DNA of 64,000 bases, taken from positions 12,028,001 to 12,092,000 of the forward strand of contig NC_043000.1 in assembly GCF_006345805.1 (NCBI RefSeq), in the 5' to 3' direction. Below, piece after piece: positions 41,640-55,678 of the stretch. The notes beneath the pieces are model-generated. The model did no database searches, was not told where the DNA came from, and saw only the letters and a list, made by a program, of their open reading frames with translations. The stretch comes from Octopus sinensis (Eukaryota). Made by a program: the position numbers and the translations under genes. Position 1 is the stretch's first letter, and each line of letters starts with the position of its first letter.

Positions 41640-42440
41640 CTTATGTATACATTCATACATACATACGTATGTACGTATGTCTGTCTGCCTGTCTGCCTGT
41701 CTGCCTGTCTGTCTGTCTGTCTGCCTGTCTGTCTGCCTGTATGTATGTATGTATGTATGTATGTATGTATGCATGTATGTATGAATGTATGTATGTATTT
41801 ATGTATGTATGTATGTATGTATGTATGTATGTATGTATGTATGAATGTATGTATGTATGTATGCATGTATGTATGAATGTATGTATGTATGAATGTATGT
41901 ATGTATGTATGTATGTATGTATGTATGAATGTATGTATGTATGTATGTATGTATGTATGTATGTATGTATGAATGTATGTATGTATGTATGCATGTATGT
42001 ATGAATGTATGTATGTATGAATGTATGTATGTATGTATGTATGTATGTATGTATTTATGTATGTATGTATGTATGTATGAATGTATGTATGTATGTATGT
42101 ATGTATGTAGTATGTATGTATGTATGAATGTATGTATGTATGTATGTATGTATGTATTTATGTATGTATGTATGTATGTATATATGTATGTATGTATGTA
42201 TTTATATATGTATGTATGTATGTATGTATGCATGCATGTATGTATGTATGTATGTATGTATGTATGTATGTATGTATGTATGTATGTATGTATTTATGTA
42301 GGTATGTATGTAGATAAAACACTTGGAAAAGGATGCGTGGCGTTCGATCATATAATAATATAAATAGTATATAAATATATCCATATATACATACATATAT
42401 GTACATACCTACATATATATGTATATACACATGCATATAT
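41640..42440. repeat. (TATG)n microsatellite block
   Basis: Direct inspection. Confidence 0.95.
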
Positions 42441-42751
42441 AGTTATAGGACATTAAAAAAAACGCTGAACACAATGAGAAACGGAAACATAAAAACAAAA
42501 ACATAGAAAATGAACTTTTCGAAAGAAAGAAAACAGAAACGAAACATGCAACATAAAGAATATTCCCCTTCATCAGTTGTCCCTGTTTCATCTACTCCAC
42601 GTTTCGAAGGCAAAGACAATACGCGACTTCGTTGAAGCAGTCCTTCCCGCAAAGCAAATTAAATAAAATTTGGGATTTTTTGTGGAGGGTGAAAGTGGTA
42701 ACAAAAACAGGACAGTGAGAACAAGACAGTGAGTGTGTGCGTGTTAGTATG

Positions 42752-42811
<60 letters not shown>

Positions 42812-43374
42812 TGCGTGTGTATGTGTTTAACCACAATCCATCTGTTGTTATTTGTTTACCCTTCACCTAACTCGAAACCTGCAATTCGTTTGGATCTTGA
42901 GTCTATAAAGTGCGGTGCAATGGGTACAGTGAGTGTACCCATGAGTGACGTTGACGACTCGTTATGTATTCAGCCAACCATTTGCGATTGTACGCACAAC
43001 TGGAGTACAAATCCGTGTTTACTTTAGTACGTGCGTATTTGTCCTTCAGTACTGTTTGTACACGATAGCGCTATCACCGACCTGACCTTAGTGCTTTACT
43101 AGTTAAGGACCCCGATTCCTCTGACTCCTGGCATTCATACTAGAGTCTTTCGGAGGCCTGTGCTGCGTGAAAATCTCTTAAGCTGTGACATTTTTGAGGG
43201 CCTAACCGTAAAACCGTCTTCTTGCCACTTCATCCTCCTCCTCCTCCTCCTCCTCCTCCTCATCATCATCATCATCATCTCATCATCATCATCATCATCA
43301 TCACCACCACCACCACCCACCACCACCACCACCACCACCACCACACCACCACCACCACCACCACCACCACCACC

Positions 43375-43444
<70 letters not shown>

Positions 43445-44584
43445 CCACCACCACCAACATCATCAGCAGCAGCCGTTCAAAAATTTGGACCTGGAAATCT
43501 CCATTTCCAGCGACTTCGAGGGCCACCTCCCAGTGGTGTCGGGCGTCAACGAAGAGCCCTCGACAACAAGACGACCAAAGATTTTTTTTTCCTAAGGTCT
43601 GGGGGTCTCCCGCCCTAGACCATCACCTAATCACCCTTACCCGCCCTGTTGCTTAACAACAACAACAACAGCAGCAGCAGTAGCAGTAGTAGTTGTTGTT
43701 GTCGTTTAGTACCCTGTCAAACTCGATCCATCAGCTCTCTGATTAAAAGTGCTCCAGCTGAGGTCATACGGTCTTTTTTCGTAATCTAGACTGTATCTTT
43801 TTATCAAATCATTTCCTTTAAAAAACACAAATGACCGGGAAAATTTGACTTCTATTTCTAGTAGGTCAAAGGACTTCATGAAGGCTCCCTCGATTGGCTC
43901 ATCCTAGCCATGCTGTTAGATCTAGATGTGTTTCCAAATTCAGATGTTTGTGTTAAAATTAATGTAGATAAGTCCTTACTCGGCGAAATTCAACTAGACG
44001 TTCATTGTTGCACAGTTTCGCCATCGTAAAATCACCAACCGAATTATTCCTGGAATTTGGCTGGATTGGTTTGTGCAGATTTCACAATCACATGGGACGT
44101 GTATACAAAAAGTCGTATGACATACACAACTGATAGCCGCATGACATACACATTTGATAATCTTGTAGCATATATATCCGACGGATACATGACATACATA
44201 TCTAACGGTCACATGATACACGCGTGACATACGTATACCACAGACACATAACATATACATCTAACAGACATATGGCATTACACATTGCAATAACATGGCA
44301 TACATATGTTAGATGACATACGCATTAATATATCAGATACATTTCACATGTAGACATGTTGTATTTGACTCCTAACACACATATCTATATACCACGCATG
44401 TCACATGTAGATAAGTATGTAACGGTCACGTGACATACACAAATGTGGAGGTGACTTATGGCCTATTCATCTGATAGTGACACCTGAAATGGTTTCTATA
44501 ACGACAATCAAACACATGCGTGCACACAGGTATACATATTCATGTTCACACGTACAATCAGACACAAACGTACACAAACAGACA

Positions 44585-44649
<65 letters not shown>

Positions 44650-45137
44650 CCACGCTTATATTCGAAATATGAGATCAAAGGAAGTAAAATCATTTATCTC
44701 CCACGAATCTTGCTTAAAGTTTTTTCACTATAACGGCATGCACGTACACTAAAACAAAGCCACACACACACGCACACACACACACACCACACACACACAC
44801 ACACACACACGCAAACGCACTCAAACATGCACGCACACACACGCACATATGTAAACACACAGTCTCACACATATTTATATATATACCATTCTATCTGTCT
44901 GTCTGTTTGTCTATAGTTCAAAATTGTACAAACACACACACACACAAAACAAAAGACAGAGACAGGTGAGGGAACAATAACAAGGTGTATTAGTTTGACA
45001 CTCTGGAAAAAAATGAAAGGGTCTTTGATGTTTCGAGCCTATGCCCTTATGCGGAAAGGAATGAGGAAACAAAACAGTTGGAGAGAGAAAAAAATGGTGA
45101 GGGGTGAAAAAAAACAGCTACCCATGTCTGTTTGTCG

Positions 45138-45219
<82 letters not shown>

Positions 45220-45226
45220 CTATCTA

Positions 45227-45269
<43 letters not shown>

Positions 45270-45919
45270 GTTTGTTTGTCTGTCTACATGTTCTGCCTGT
45301 CTGGCTGGCTGGTTATCTATCTACTTGTATGTATGTATGTATGCCTGTCTGTCTATCTGACTATCTATTTATCTATCTGTTTGTCTGTCTGTCTGCCTAT
45401 CTGAGTATCTATCTATCTATCCCTCTGGAATTCAGGCATGGAGAGGTAGTGACTCTGACATGTTTAAAACGTCCAAGACACGTCTGCCATTATATTACAG
45501 CAATCATCGGTAGTTAAGCATCCAGTATACTTTTAACGTCAATCTTCAGCCAGTCTCCATGCGCCACAATATGCGAAAACTATGGACCTTCGAATTATAT
45601 GTACAGAACGTCTTGTATTATGGCAGAAATGGCAGAAACATTCTCCAGACATTTGCACTTTTAACATAATCCCTAAACAGAATCATTGTGACATTATAAT
45701 TAAAAGGTATGGCTGTGGGCGTATCATACATGCCTGTGTGGCTAAGACGCTCTCTTTGCTGCCATAGTAGTGTTGGTATCAGTCCTACTGTGCGCGGCAA
45801 ATTTAGATACTGCCTTCATCTATAGTCCTAGTTCAACCAATGGCTTGTGAATGAATTTTGGTAGACGGAAACTGTGTGGAAGCCGTCGTATACACACACA
45901 CACACACATATATATAGTC

Positions 45920-46065
45920 ACTACACATTTTTTATTTTCTCTCCCTGTTTCTTTCTGTGTTTCTGTGGAAGAGCGTAAGCTCGAAACGTTAAAGACTTTC
46001 TCACTTCCCGAGCGTTCTACACCACCTGTCTTCGTCTTTTTGTTGTTTTCTTTGTGAATTCTCCC
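45920..46065 (+). mobile_element. Penelope-like remnant with hammerhead-like motif (45957-45996)
   Basis: GTGTTT-CTGTGGA-A-GAGC-GTAA-GCTC-GAAA-CGTT-AAAGAC; between TA arrays; same family as 4740-4910. Confidence 0.6.
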
Positions 46066-46339
46066 TATATATAATATATATATTATATATATATATATAT
46101 AATATATATATATATAATAGAAACATTATTAATATTTCTACTTCTCTCTAAAGGAGACTTCGGCAGCAGTGCTGAGTATTAATAGTTATCACCAAGCAGT
46201 CCAGAAAACAGGACGAATGCTGCCGTTAATTAGCTCCAAGAGGTCATCGCCTGTAGCTAGCTATGTGACACACAAACATGTGTCCATTACAACCTTTGAA
46301 CAGGGGATGTCATCAGCTTCCCCATGCTGGTTCAAGCAT

Positions 46340-46380
46340 CTACAGACTAGTTTCGAGATATTTGCCCCTTATCAATGTGG
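46340..46380 (-). ncRNA. Decayed minimal hammerhead in a Penelope-like remnant (46120-46398)
   Basis: Minus: CCACA-TTGATAA-GGGG-CAAATA-TCTC-GAA-ACTAGT-C-TGTAG; palindromic stem III, GUC site, core two transitions away from CTGATGA. Confidence 0.6.
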
Positions 46381-46402
46381 AGTAACCGAACGCAGCATAT
46401 AT

Positions 46403-46439
<37 letters not shown>

Positions 46440-46504
46440 CTATATATATATATATATATATCTATATATATATATATATATAGTAATATATATATATATA
46501 TATG

Positions 46505-46599
46505 CACAGGTATGTAGTAAAATGCTTGCTTACCAACCGCATGATTGCAGGTTCAGTCCCACTGCGTGGAAGTATGTATGTATGCATGTATGTAGTATG

Positions 46600-46656
<57 letters not shown>

Positions 46657-47195
46657 CTTTGTGTTTGTGTTTGTCTCCCACCATCGTTTTGACAGCCGGT
46701 GTTGGTGTGTTTACGTCCCCCGTAACTTAGTGGTTCAGCAAAGAGACCGATAGAATAAGTATCATGATTAAAAAGAATAATTCCTGGGGTTGATTTCTTC
46801 GAACGAAACCCTTTAAGGCCGTGCTCCACCATGGCCGCAGTCAAATAACTGAAACAAGTCATGGAATAAAAGAATAAAAGAATTTACACACACACACGCA
46901 CGCACACGCATATACATGGACGCACACGCATGCACATACACACGCTTGTATACATACATATATATGTATGTTTGTATTTATGTATGCATGTATCTTTGTC
47001 ACCTCCCCTCTCTGCCATCGCTTGACACCCAATGTTGGTTTGCTTAGTCCTCGTAACCTAGCGGTTCAGCAAAGAACCGATAAAATAAGTACGAGACTTT
47101 AAGAAACAAGTTCAGGGATAAATTTATTCGACTAAATCTCTTCATAAGGGTACCCCCAGCATGACCGCAGTCCAATGACCGAAATAAGTAAAAGG
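46505..47195 (+). mobile_element. Family-D SINE copy plus a second tail
   Basis: Matches family-D head and tail blocks. Confidence 0.75.
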
Positions 47196-47831
47196 TGAAA
47201 TATAACATGTCTGAGCCATTGAACCACATGGACACCCCACCAAACTGGCTTCCATACAGTCTCCGTTTATCCATTGACATTTACGAGGCTTGGGTTGACC
47301 CAAGGCTAGCAAAGAATAAATTGTCTGAACGTAGGAGCCACATGCCATGCTCTACTGGATTTCATCAAAAATAGCAACTTCCTGTGTGTTGTTTCGTTTT
47401 TCGGCAATTTTCTTTAAATCGGAAATTCTGACAATAGAACGAACTGGAAATGTCTTTAATGTCCTTGGTAATAAATATTGAAAATTGAGTCAATGCCATG
47501 TTGGAATCTAACACTGAAATATGGATCTATTGTGAGGATATTGTAAGCAGACACCGAATACTTTGGCGATGCAAAGAACAATAAATTTACGTACTGATCG
47601 ATAATTTCAGACATTCATTTGCAACGTTCATGCTTCTGCCGGCATTGGTTCCTGGAATATTTCTTGAAGAGAACACTTTAACTTAGTGGTTAAAGTGTTG
47701 ACTTCTGACTCCGAGAGGGCGGGTTCAATCCCACGTGGTGGATATTTTATTACATTGCCAGTGGTTTCTTGGAACTTGTACTTCACACTGTTTTTAGAGA
47801 TACGAATCCAACAAATGTAGCGATTTCTGTG

Positions 47832-48283
47832 GAATTCTACTTTAAGCACACCATATAATCCATCATAACATTTTTTATTTTTTGGAATTTTCGGGAAATT
47901 TTTCGAATTTGTATTCCACACAAGGGAATTCATATGATTATGCAAAAAAAAGAGTTATTTTTAGCACATCTCACGACCACCTGATACCTTCCTCTTTTTC
48001 TTTTTTTTTTTTTTGTCACTCTGACTTATTGATGTTTTTCAATATCTTTCTCCCCATAAATACAGTTAAGGGTTTATTGCTGGTATTTAAGCAACAATTT
48101 CAACTGTCCGTATTTCAAACTCTGATTTTTTTTTAAATCGAAAAATTAGAAAAAAAAAATTTTTTTTCATAGGCATATGAATTCCTGTGTGTAGAACACA
48201 AATACGCAAAATTTTTCTGAAAATTCCCCAAGATAAAATAAAAAAGTTATGAGGGGTTATATGGCGTGCTTAAAGCAGAATTC
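47832..48283. mobile_element. Non-autonomous DNA element with ~120-bp imperfect terminal inverted repeats
   Basis: 47832-47950 (GAATTCTACTTTAAGCACACCATATAA..GAATTCATATG) is the reverse complement of ~48160-48283. Confidence 0.7.
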
Positions 48284-48564
48284 TGCCCAAACGTTGGCTT
48301 CTGAGATTGAAGCCGAGAAGGCCAGTTTAATCGCACATGGTGACAAATATTTTATTTTGTTGCCAATGGTGACTGGGAATCCAACAAGCAAGGTAGTTTC
48401 TGGAAGATTTCTTGAAAAGAATAATTTAGCTGAGTGGTTAAAATGTTGGCTTCTGACTCCGAGAATGAAGGTTCAGTCCTACTTGATAAATATTTTTTCC
48501 TTTATTTTGTTACCAATAGCGGCTTGGAATTTACACTTCATACTGCTATGGATTGTATATTGAA

Positions 48565-49160
48565 AAAGGTGGTGAGCTGGCTCATTAGCATGCCGGACAA
48601 AATGCTTAACAGCTTTTCATCCGGTTATATGTTCTGATGCGTTCAAATATCACCAAGGCTGACTTTGATTTTCATCGTTTCGGGGTCGATAAAATAAGTA
48701 CCAGTTGAACACTGGAGTCAAGTGATGGTCTTGTGCCTATGGTCGAAAGAGTTGGCTTAATCGTTAGCACGTCAAGTAAAATGCCTTCCCCCGATTCTTT
48801 TTATGTTCCGGGTTCAAATTCAACCGAGATGACTTTGCCATTCATCTTTATATAAAATAAGTACCAATCAAATAGTGTTATCCAGATAATCGACATACTC
48901 CCGCCCTAAAAAAACCGCAGGCCTTGAATCGAAATTACAAAGAATTACTAAAGGCGACAAACTGGCACACTGTCGGACAAAATGTTTAGCTACATTTCTT
49001 CCGACTGTACGTTCTGAGTTTAGATTCCAACGAGGTCAGCTTTGCCTTTCATTCTTTTGCGATTGATATAATAAAGAACCAGCCAAGTACTAGGGTCAAT
49101 GGAACAGACTTGGAACCTCACCCCAAAACTGCTGGCTTTGTGCCAAAATTTGAAAGAACT
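48565..49160 (+). mobile_element. Three old family-B SINE copies head-to-tail
   Basis: Three diverged GTTCAAAT..GACTTTGCC..AAATAAGTACCA bodies. Confidence 0.7.
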
Positions 49161-49172
49161 GTATATTAGAGA

Positions 49173-49563
49173 CTAGCAGTATCGCCCGGCGTTGCTCGGG
49201 TTTGTAAGGGAAATAACTATAAAGCATTTTTAGAGTTATAGCCAAAAAGTAGCAAAAAAATGCATTAAAAATGGAAAAAATATGATGGTAAATTTTTTTT
49301 TTAATCGTTGATTCATCGTAGACAATTTTAGAGAGTTACTTCCCTTATATTAAAAAATATGCATTAAAATGGAAAAAAATGATGGTAAATTATTTTAAAA
49401 ATCGTAGACTCATCGTAGACGCGCGCTAATACCCAGAAGGGCTCGATATGAATTACGACTATAAGATACCCGGTTTTGGTTAAATTGCACCGCAAAATGT
49501 TGGAGTAGTTAGGAATCTAAATAGGAGTAGACAGACACACAACTTCTCTTCTATATATAAAGA
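49173..49563 (-). mobile_element. Non-autonomous Helitron (same family as 11978-12378)
   Basis: 5' TC, 3' hairpin plus CTAG, A|T insertion site. Confidence 0.85.
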
Positions 49564-49744
49564 TATCACTTTTAAATTAGAAATAATTGTATATTTGAGA
49601 TATCACTCTAAAATTTGATGGATATTTAAGCAATGTGTTCTTGGATGGTTAACGGTTGGATGCGGTGCTGAAGAAGAAGCAATAACTTCTGGAATATGCA
49701 TATACACTCATTACCTGTTTTTTTTTTTATCTTCGATTGCATCG

Positions 49745-50362
49745 CTTTCTCTTCTACTCTAGGCACAAGACCTGAAATTTTGGGGGAGGGGGCCAGTCGA
49801 TTAGATCGACCCCAGTACGCAACTGGTACTTAATTTATCGACCTCGAAAGGATGAAAGGCAAAGTCGACCTCGGCGGAATTTGAACTCAGAACGTAACGT
49901 CAGACGAAATACCGCTAATCATATCGCTCGGCGTGCTAACGTTTCTTATTTCTTTATGGCCCACAAGGTGCTAAACATAGAGGGGACAAACAAGGACAAA
50001 CAAAGGGATTAAGTCGATTACATCGACCCCAATGCGTAACTGGTACTTAATTTATCGACCCCAAAAGGATGAAAGGCAAAGTCGACCTCGGCGGAATTTG
50101 AACTCAGAACGTAACGGCAGACGAAATACCTATTTCTTTACTACCCACAAGGGGCTAAACACAGAGAGGATAAACAAGGACAGACAAACCGATTAAGTCG
50201 ATTATATCGACCCCAGTGCATAACCGGTACTTAATTTATCAACCCCGAAAGGATGAAAGGCAAAGTCGACCACGGCGGAATTTGAACTCAGAACGTAAAG
50301 ACAGACGAAATATCACTAAATATTTCGCCCGGCGTGCTAACGTTTCTGCCAGCTCGCCGCTT
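49745..50362 (-). mobile_element. Family-B SINE trimer
   Basis: Junctions at 50130/1 and ~49945; the last unit has the alternative tail. Confidence 0.9.
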
Positions 50363-51157
50363 TTAAACGTTGTAACTTTCAATAAAACATCTGTAGAGCT
50401 AACTTTAAAAGTGATTGAATCGCACTGCTAACACTGTAGGATACAGGTTTGACTTATAAAAGTCTTTAATATACTTGATAGAATATTATAGTTGAATAAC
50501 AAAATACGGTGTTCCTACAAGCAATTATTTAGAGATATGGATCCAAAGAGTAGGGTGATTTCGGGAATATTTTTTTGAAGCGAATAATTTAGCTTAAGGA
50601 TTAAAACTTTTGACTCCGAGAAAGCAGGTTTAATCCTACTTGGTGGTTAATATTTTATTTTGTTGCCAATGATTGCTTGAAATTTGCACTTCACACAGCT
50701 ATGGAGTGTTTATGGGAGATGCAAATCCAGAAATTTGGGAAGTATTTGCAAAATACTGATTCAGAAGGATTATTAAGTTTTCGGTAACAAATTCTAGTTT
50801 ATAAATTCTGGATTGTAAACACTGCAAAAATTAGGCAATAACTTCTAGATTATATATTGTCTTGATTATATACTGTAATGTTGGATTGAAAATACCAGAT
50901 TACAAAGGCTGGATTATTACTACTGTACTATATATTGTAGATGTATTTTTTTCCCTCTTATACTGGATTATAGATTCTGGCCAAAAGTTACCTGACAGTA
51001 AATCAAAACCACTGAAGTCCAAGATTAAAACAAAAAATTATTTTGTATGAGACTTCGCCAGTATATAGACAAAATTTTGAAGAAAAACCATGATTTTTAA
51101 CTCACAGCATTCAGTTATTAAACATTCATAATTGGAATGAATAAATAAAATTGAATA

Positions 51158-51440
51158 GGTGTAGAAGTGACTGTGTGGTAAGTAGCTTGCTTACAAACCA
51201 CATGGATCTGGGTTCAGTCCCACTGCGTGGCACCTTGGGCAAGTATCTTCTACTATAGCCTCGGTCCAACCGATGTTGGTGTGTTTACGTCCGCGTAACT
51301 TAGCGGTTCGGCAAAAGAGACTGACAGAATAAGTACTAGGCTTCCAAAGACTAAGTCCTGGGGTCGATTTGCTCGACTAAAGACGGTGCTCCAGAATGGT
51401 CGCAGTCAAATGACTGAAACAAGTAAAAGAGTAAATGAGT
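51158..51440 (+). mobile_element. Family-D SINE with internal deletion (lacks the microsatellite)
   Basis: Head joined directly to tail at ..GCCTCGGTC|CAACCGATG. Confidence 0.8.
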
Positions 51441-51499
51441 ATTAAGTATTTATGAAATTTTGATTTACTGTCGGTTTACTTTTGGCCAAACCTGTATAT

Positions 51500-51710
51500 T
51501 CTAATGTTGGATCATTAAGGCTGGTTTAGAAAAGCTGGATTGTTAAGGCAGGATTGCAAAGGCTGGATTATAACTGCTGGATTATGAAGACTGGATTGTA
51601 TATTGTAATGACGGATTACAAATATTGGATTATAAAAACTGGATTATGTATCCTAGACTATATATTCTAATGTTGGATTATAAAAATTGGATTATAAAGA
51701 CTAGATTACT
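51500..51710. repeat. Degenerate minisatellite with CTGGATTAT core
   Basis: Many (C/T)TGGATT(A/G)T units; a related tract lies at 50805-50975. Confidence 0.7.
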
Positions 51711-52692
51711 GTAGCTAAGTGTGTGCCGCCCGGGGTAGCCCTTGAATATTCCTTTCTCCCACATCCACCCCAATACAAACTTATACAGCACACCCAAAGT
51801 CCTCCCTCCCCTTCTCATAAAAGTGTCACCGGACGTTACTCTCACGCTAATGGTAACATTTCGAGTGATAAGAAGGTGACAGACATGAACAAATTCCAGG
51901 AAAATGGGAATAAACGAACAAGGTATGTTGCGAGAGTACCACCTTACCTGAGGATTTTATACAAGAAAGAGCAAAGAGGAAATTGACTTACATATGTTTT
52001 GTATTTAACCGATAGGGTTTCCGTATACACTCAAAAGAGGTGTTAGGGATAGCCTTCTGCTGATGTGTGGCATTATGTATGCTTCTTCGATCCAGTTGGG
52101 GCATGTCGAAGTTTGAGCTCGGATTCTAAAGATCGAGAATGAAGATCGCGACTAGAGATACTAATGTTAATGTGAACCCTTTTCTCTGGTCAGCTTTACG
52201 ATACTGTACAGCCAGGTAGTGAACATAAAAATGACCCGAAACAACGAGGCTGTGAGTTCATGTTATTAAGAATGCCCAACGAAGCAGAGTTGTGCATCAA
52301 GCATTTTTACCAGCAGCTACTTGGACGATATTCGTCTGCCATGTATATAAATCAGTTTCAAATTTTAGCACAAGGCCAGCAATTTCGGGAGGGGGTTAAG
52401 TCGACTATATCAACCTCAACGCTCCACTGGTACTTACTTTATCGACCTTCGAAGGATGAAAGACAAAGTCGACTTCGGTGGAATTTGATCTCAAGACGTG
52501 ATGGCGGATGAAATGCCGCTAAGCATTTCGCTCTGCGTGCTAACGATTCTGCCAGCTCACCGCCTTCAGCCTCCGATGTATACTACATTTTTAAACACAG
52601 CACATCCACAGGACATATCTCCGGAAGAATGTCACAGTGAATATTTATTTTCGAGATGTATTTACGTTAAGTATGACACGCAGATGACTATA

Positions 52693-52746
<54 letters not shown>

Positions 52747-52763
52747 GCAGGCGCGCGCGCACA

Positions 52764-54424
52764 CTGACATGACAGAAATAAATAAGGCGGCGAGCTGGCA
52801 GAAACGTTAGCACGCCGGGCGAAATACTTAGCAGTATTTCGTCTGCCGCTACGTTCTGAGTTCAAATTCCGCCGAGGGGGACTTTGCCTTTCATCCGTTC
52901 GGGGTCGATTAAATAAGTACCAGTTACGCACTGCAGTCGATATAATCGGCTTAATCCGTTTGTCTGTCCTTGTTTGTCCTCTCTGTGTTTAGCCCCTTGT
53001 GGGTAGTAAAGAAATAGGTATTTCGTCTGCCGTTACGTTCTGAGTTCAAATTCCACCGAGGTTGACTTTGCTTTTCATCCTTTCGGGCTCGATAAATTAA
53101 GTACCAGTTACGCACTGGAGTCGATGCAATCGACTTCATCCCTTTGTCTGTCCTTGTTTGTCCCCTCTATGTTTAGCCCCGCGTGGGTAGTAAAGAAATA
53201 AAGAAATAAATAGATACCCCATAAACATTGTTCTATGTTTATTTTAACTTGAAAAGGTTTATATTTTTTTATTGGACATTTTTACGTTTCAGGTTCTACA
53301 TGTGACTGTTTAATCATGCCACGTACAAAAGAAGCCCTGGAACTGTCCAAATTGCAAAGAGGCCTTATTTTGGGTCCATCTGAAGATGGGCTTAGCGTAA
53401 TATCGAAGAAAACCTTGGGATCACGCTTTCTACAGTTAATAGGGTGATAGTGCAATTTACCAGTGAGGGGAAGGAGTCCACATCACCTTGCCCACATCGA
53501 CCAGGGCCCTCTGACAGGGACCTTTGCTTTGTTAAGTGAAGTGTGGAGGATAATCCTCATTGCAAGTCCTCTGACAAAGCAGAACAAGTTGATGTCAGTC
53601 CCAGAACAGCTGTCAGGTATCTCCACAAACTTGGTTGCTATCGCAGAACAGCAGAAGGAAGCCACTTCAACCAGACAATGTCAAGGAGAGAAAAGATTAG
53701 GCCAGTGAAATGATGGAGTGGCCGCTAGCATTTTGGAACACTATTCTCTGATGAGTCCAGATTTGCTGTATTTTCTGACAGTAGTCGAGTGTGGGTCAGG
53801 GGACTCTGTGATCAAGAATTTGACACAAAATGATTGCTGCCAACAATGAAGCAATGCAGCTATTCTATGATGGTCTGAGGAGCAATTTGGACCAATGGTT
53901 GATCAGTGCTAGTGGAGTGTGATGGAAACGTAAATTCAGATAAATATGTGTCCATATTGCAGAAAGGACTCTTTCCAATCTTCTCCAATGGTGAAATGAT
54001 TAAAGAAGACTTTATTTATGGAACATAGAGCACCTTGTCACACGGCTAAAAAGAGCCAAGATTTGTTGGAAAAGAATGGCATTGAAAAACTTCCATGGCC
54101 AAACCAGTCACCAGATATGAACCTTATTTAACATCTTTGGGGCATAATAGACAAGGCACATCGTAAAAAGAACAAGAAAGCATCCTCAAAGTCAGATCTT
54201 TTGGGATTACTGCATGAAACTTGGCAAGAAATTCCCAAGAGAATATTTGTCATCTGATCAGCCGCATGCCTTATAGGATCCTTGCATTGAAAAATACAAA
54301 GGGCATGTCTACTAAATATTAGATATTCACATTATAATACTTAATAAATAATTTGAACGAATAATTTCAGATTTAAATAAATTTTAATGATTATAAGGGT
54401 GTCTATTTACTTCTGTCATGTCTG
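52764..54424 (+). mobile_element. Tc1-family DNA transposon, full length but decayed
   Basis: TIRs C(T/A)GACATGACAGAA(A/G)TAAATAGA(T/C)ACCC at both ends, TA after the right TIR; the left TIR is split by a SINE-B dimer (52785-53201, TSD AGAAATAAATA). Confidence 0.9.
53316..54322 (+). pseudogene. Tc1 (DD34E-type) transposase pseudogene
   Basis: MPRTKEALELSKLQRGLI.., LFSDESRF, MVxGAI, APCHTAK, LPWPNQSPDMNLIxHLW, GMSTKY*, with stops and frameshifts. Confidence 0.9.
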
Positions 54425-54456
54425 TAAAAATACATACACACACAATGGGTGTGTGT

Positions 54457-54752
54457 GGAGACACAATGGCCCAGTGGTTAGGGCAGCGGACTCGCGGTCG
54501 TAGGATCGCGGTTTCGATTCCCAGACCGGGCGTTGTGAGTGTTTATTGAACGAAAACATCTAAAACTCCACGACGCTCCGGCAGAGGGCGGTGGCGATCC
54601 CTGCCGTACTCTTTCGCCACAACTTTCTCTCACTCTTTCTTCTGTTGGCCAGCGGGGTGGCATCATTTGAAGGCTAAAACAATGCGAAGCGCATTGTGAC
54701 CAGCGATGTGTAGCAACATCTGATAGCCTGGTCGGTCACGGTGACGGTGACG
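54457..54752 (+). mobile_element. Family-A SINE head with a different 3' tail ending (ACGGTG)n
   Basis: Matches family A to ~54640, then GGCCAGCGGGGTGGCATC..GGTCACGGTGACGGTGACG. Confidence 0.8.
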
Positions 54753-54765
54753 AATACATACATAC

Positions 54766-54826
<61 letters not shown>

Positions 54827-55609
54827 TGTATGTATATATATATGTATGTATGCACATACATACATACATACATACATACATACATACATACATACATACA
54901 TACATACATACATACATGTATGTATGTATACACATCCGTCCGTCCATACATAAACACACACACATTAATGCTTAACTGTCAATCGTTAACAAACAGTAAC
55001 ATATTTTCACTTTCACAATTTATAACAGTAATGATAGCTTAAAGTGTAGCGGAAATCGCATTAACCTTTCCTCTTTACCCATGAAAAACTTCGAAAATAT
55101 AAACATATCCCTTTGCCACGCCATCTTAAATATGAGAAACAACCATTGCGTAATAAGACTGTTTTACAAGACGACCATTTTTCGAACCATTAACCACATT
55201 TATCCTTAAATATGTAAATACACTTCCAGGAATGATAGTACTGACAAGCTTCCCTATCTAAAAGGTTTTTCTTGCGGCATAGGTTTCAAATAGACGCTAA
55301 ACTATCTATCATGTCTAACCTTTCGTGTGGTTTTTACTGACGAGAGAAGGCGAGAAGACGAAGTATAGAGTCGTTAAAACTAGAGCTTTATGTAGACGGA
55401 ATTTGTTTGCCTGGGAAGGCAGTCTGTCTAAGAGGGAGACAACTTTGAAATCAAACTTCTACTGTCTTGCGATCACACACGCATTTATGGAAAGTGGTTT
55501 GAGGGTAAAAACTTTGGAGGAAAATACTGAGCAGAATGACCTAAAACAGTCCGATGTTGTCTTCACTTTCGTTCTGGTAACTTCTCTGACGACAGATAGA
55601 TAGATAGAT

Positions 55610-55678
<69 letters not shown>

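Noticed and set aside
53748-53755. CTGATGAG as a hammerhead core
   Set aside because: It encodes the FSDES catalytic motif of the Tc1 transposase; no stem II/GAAA follows.
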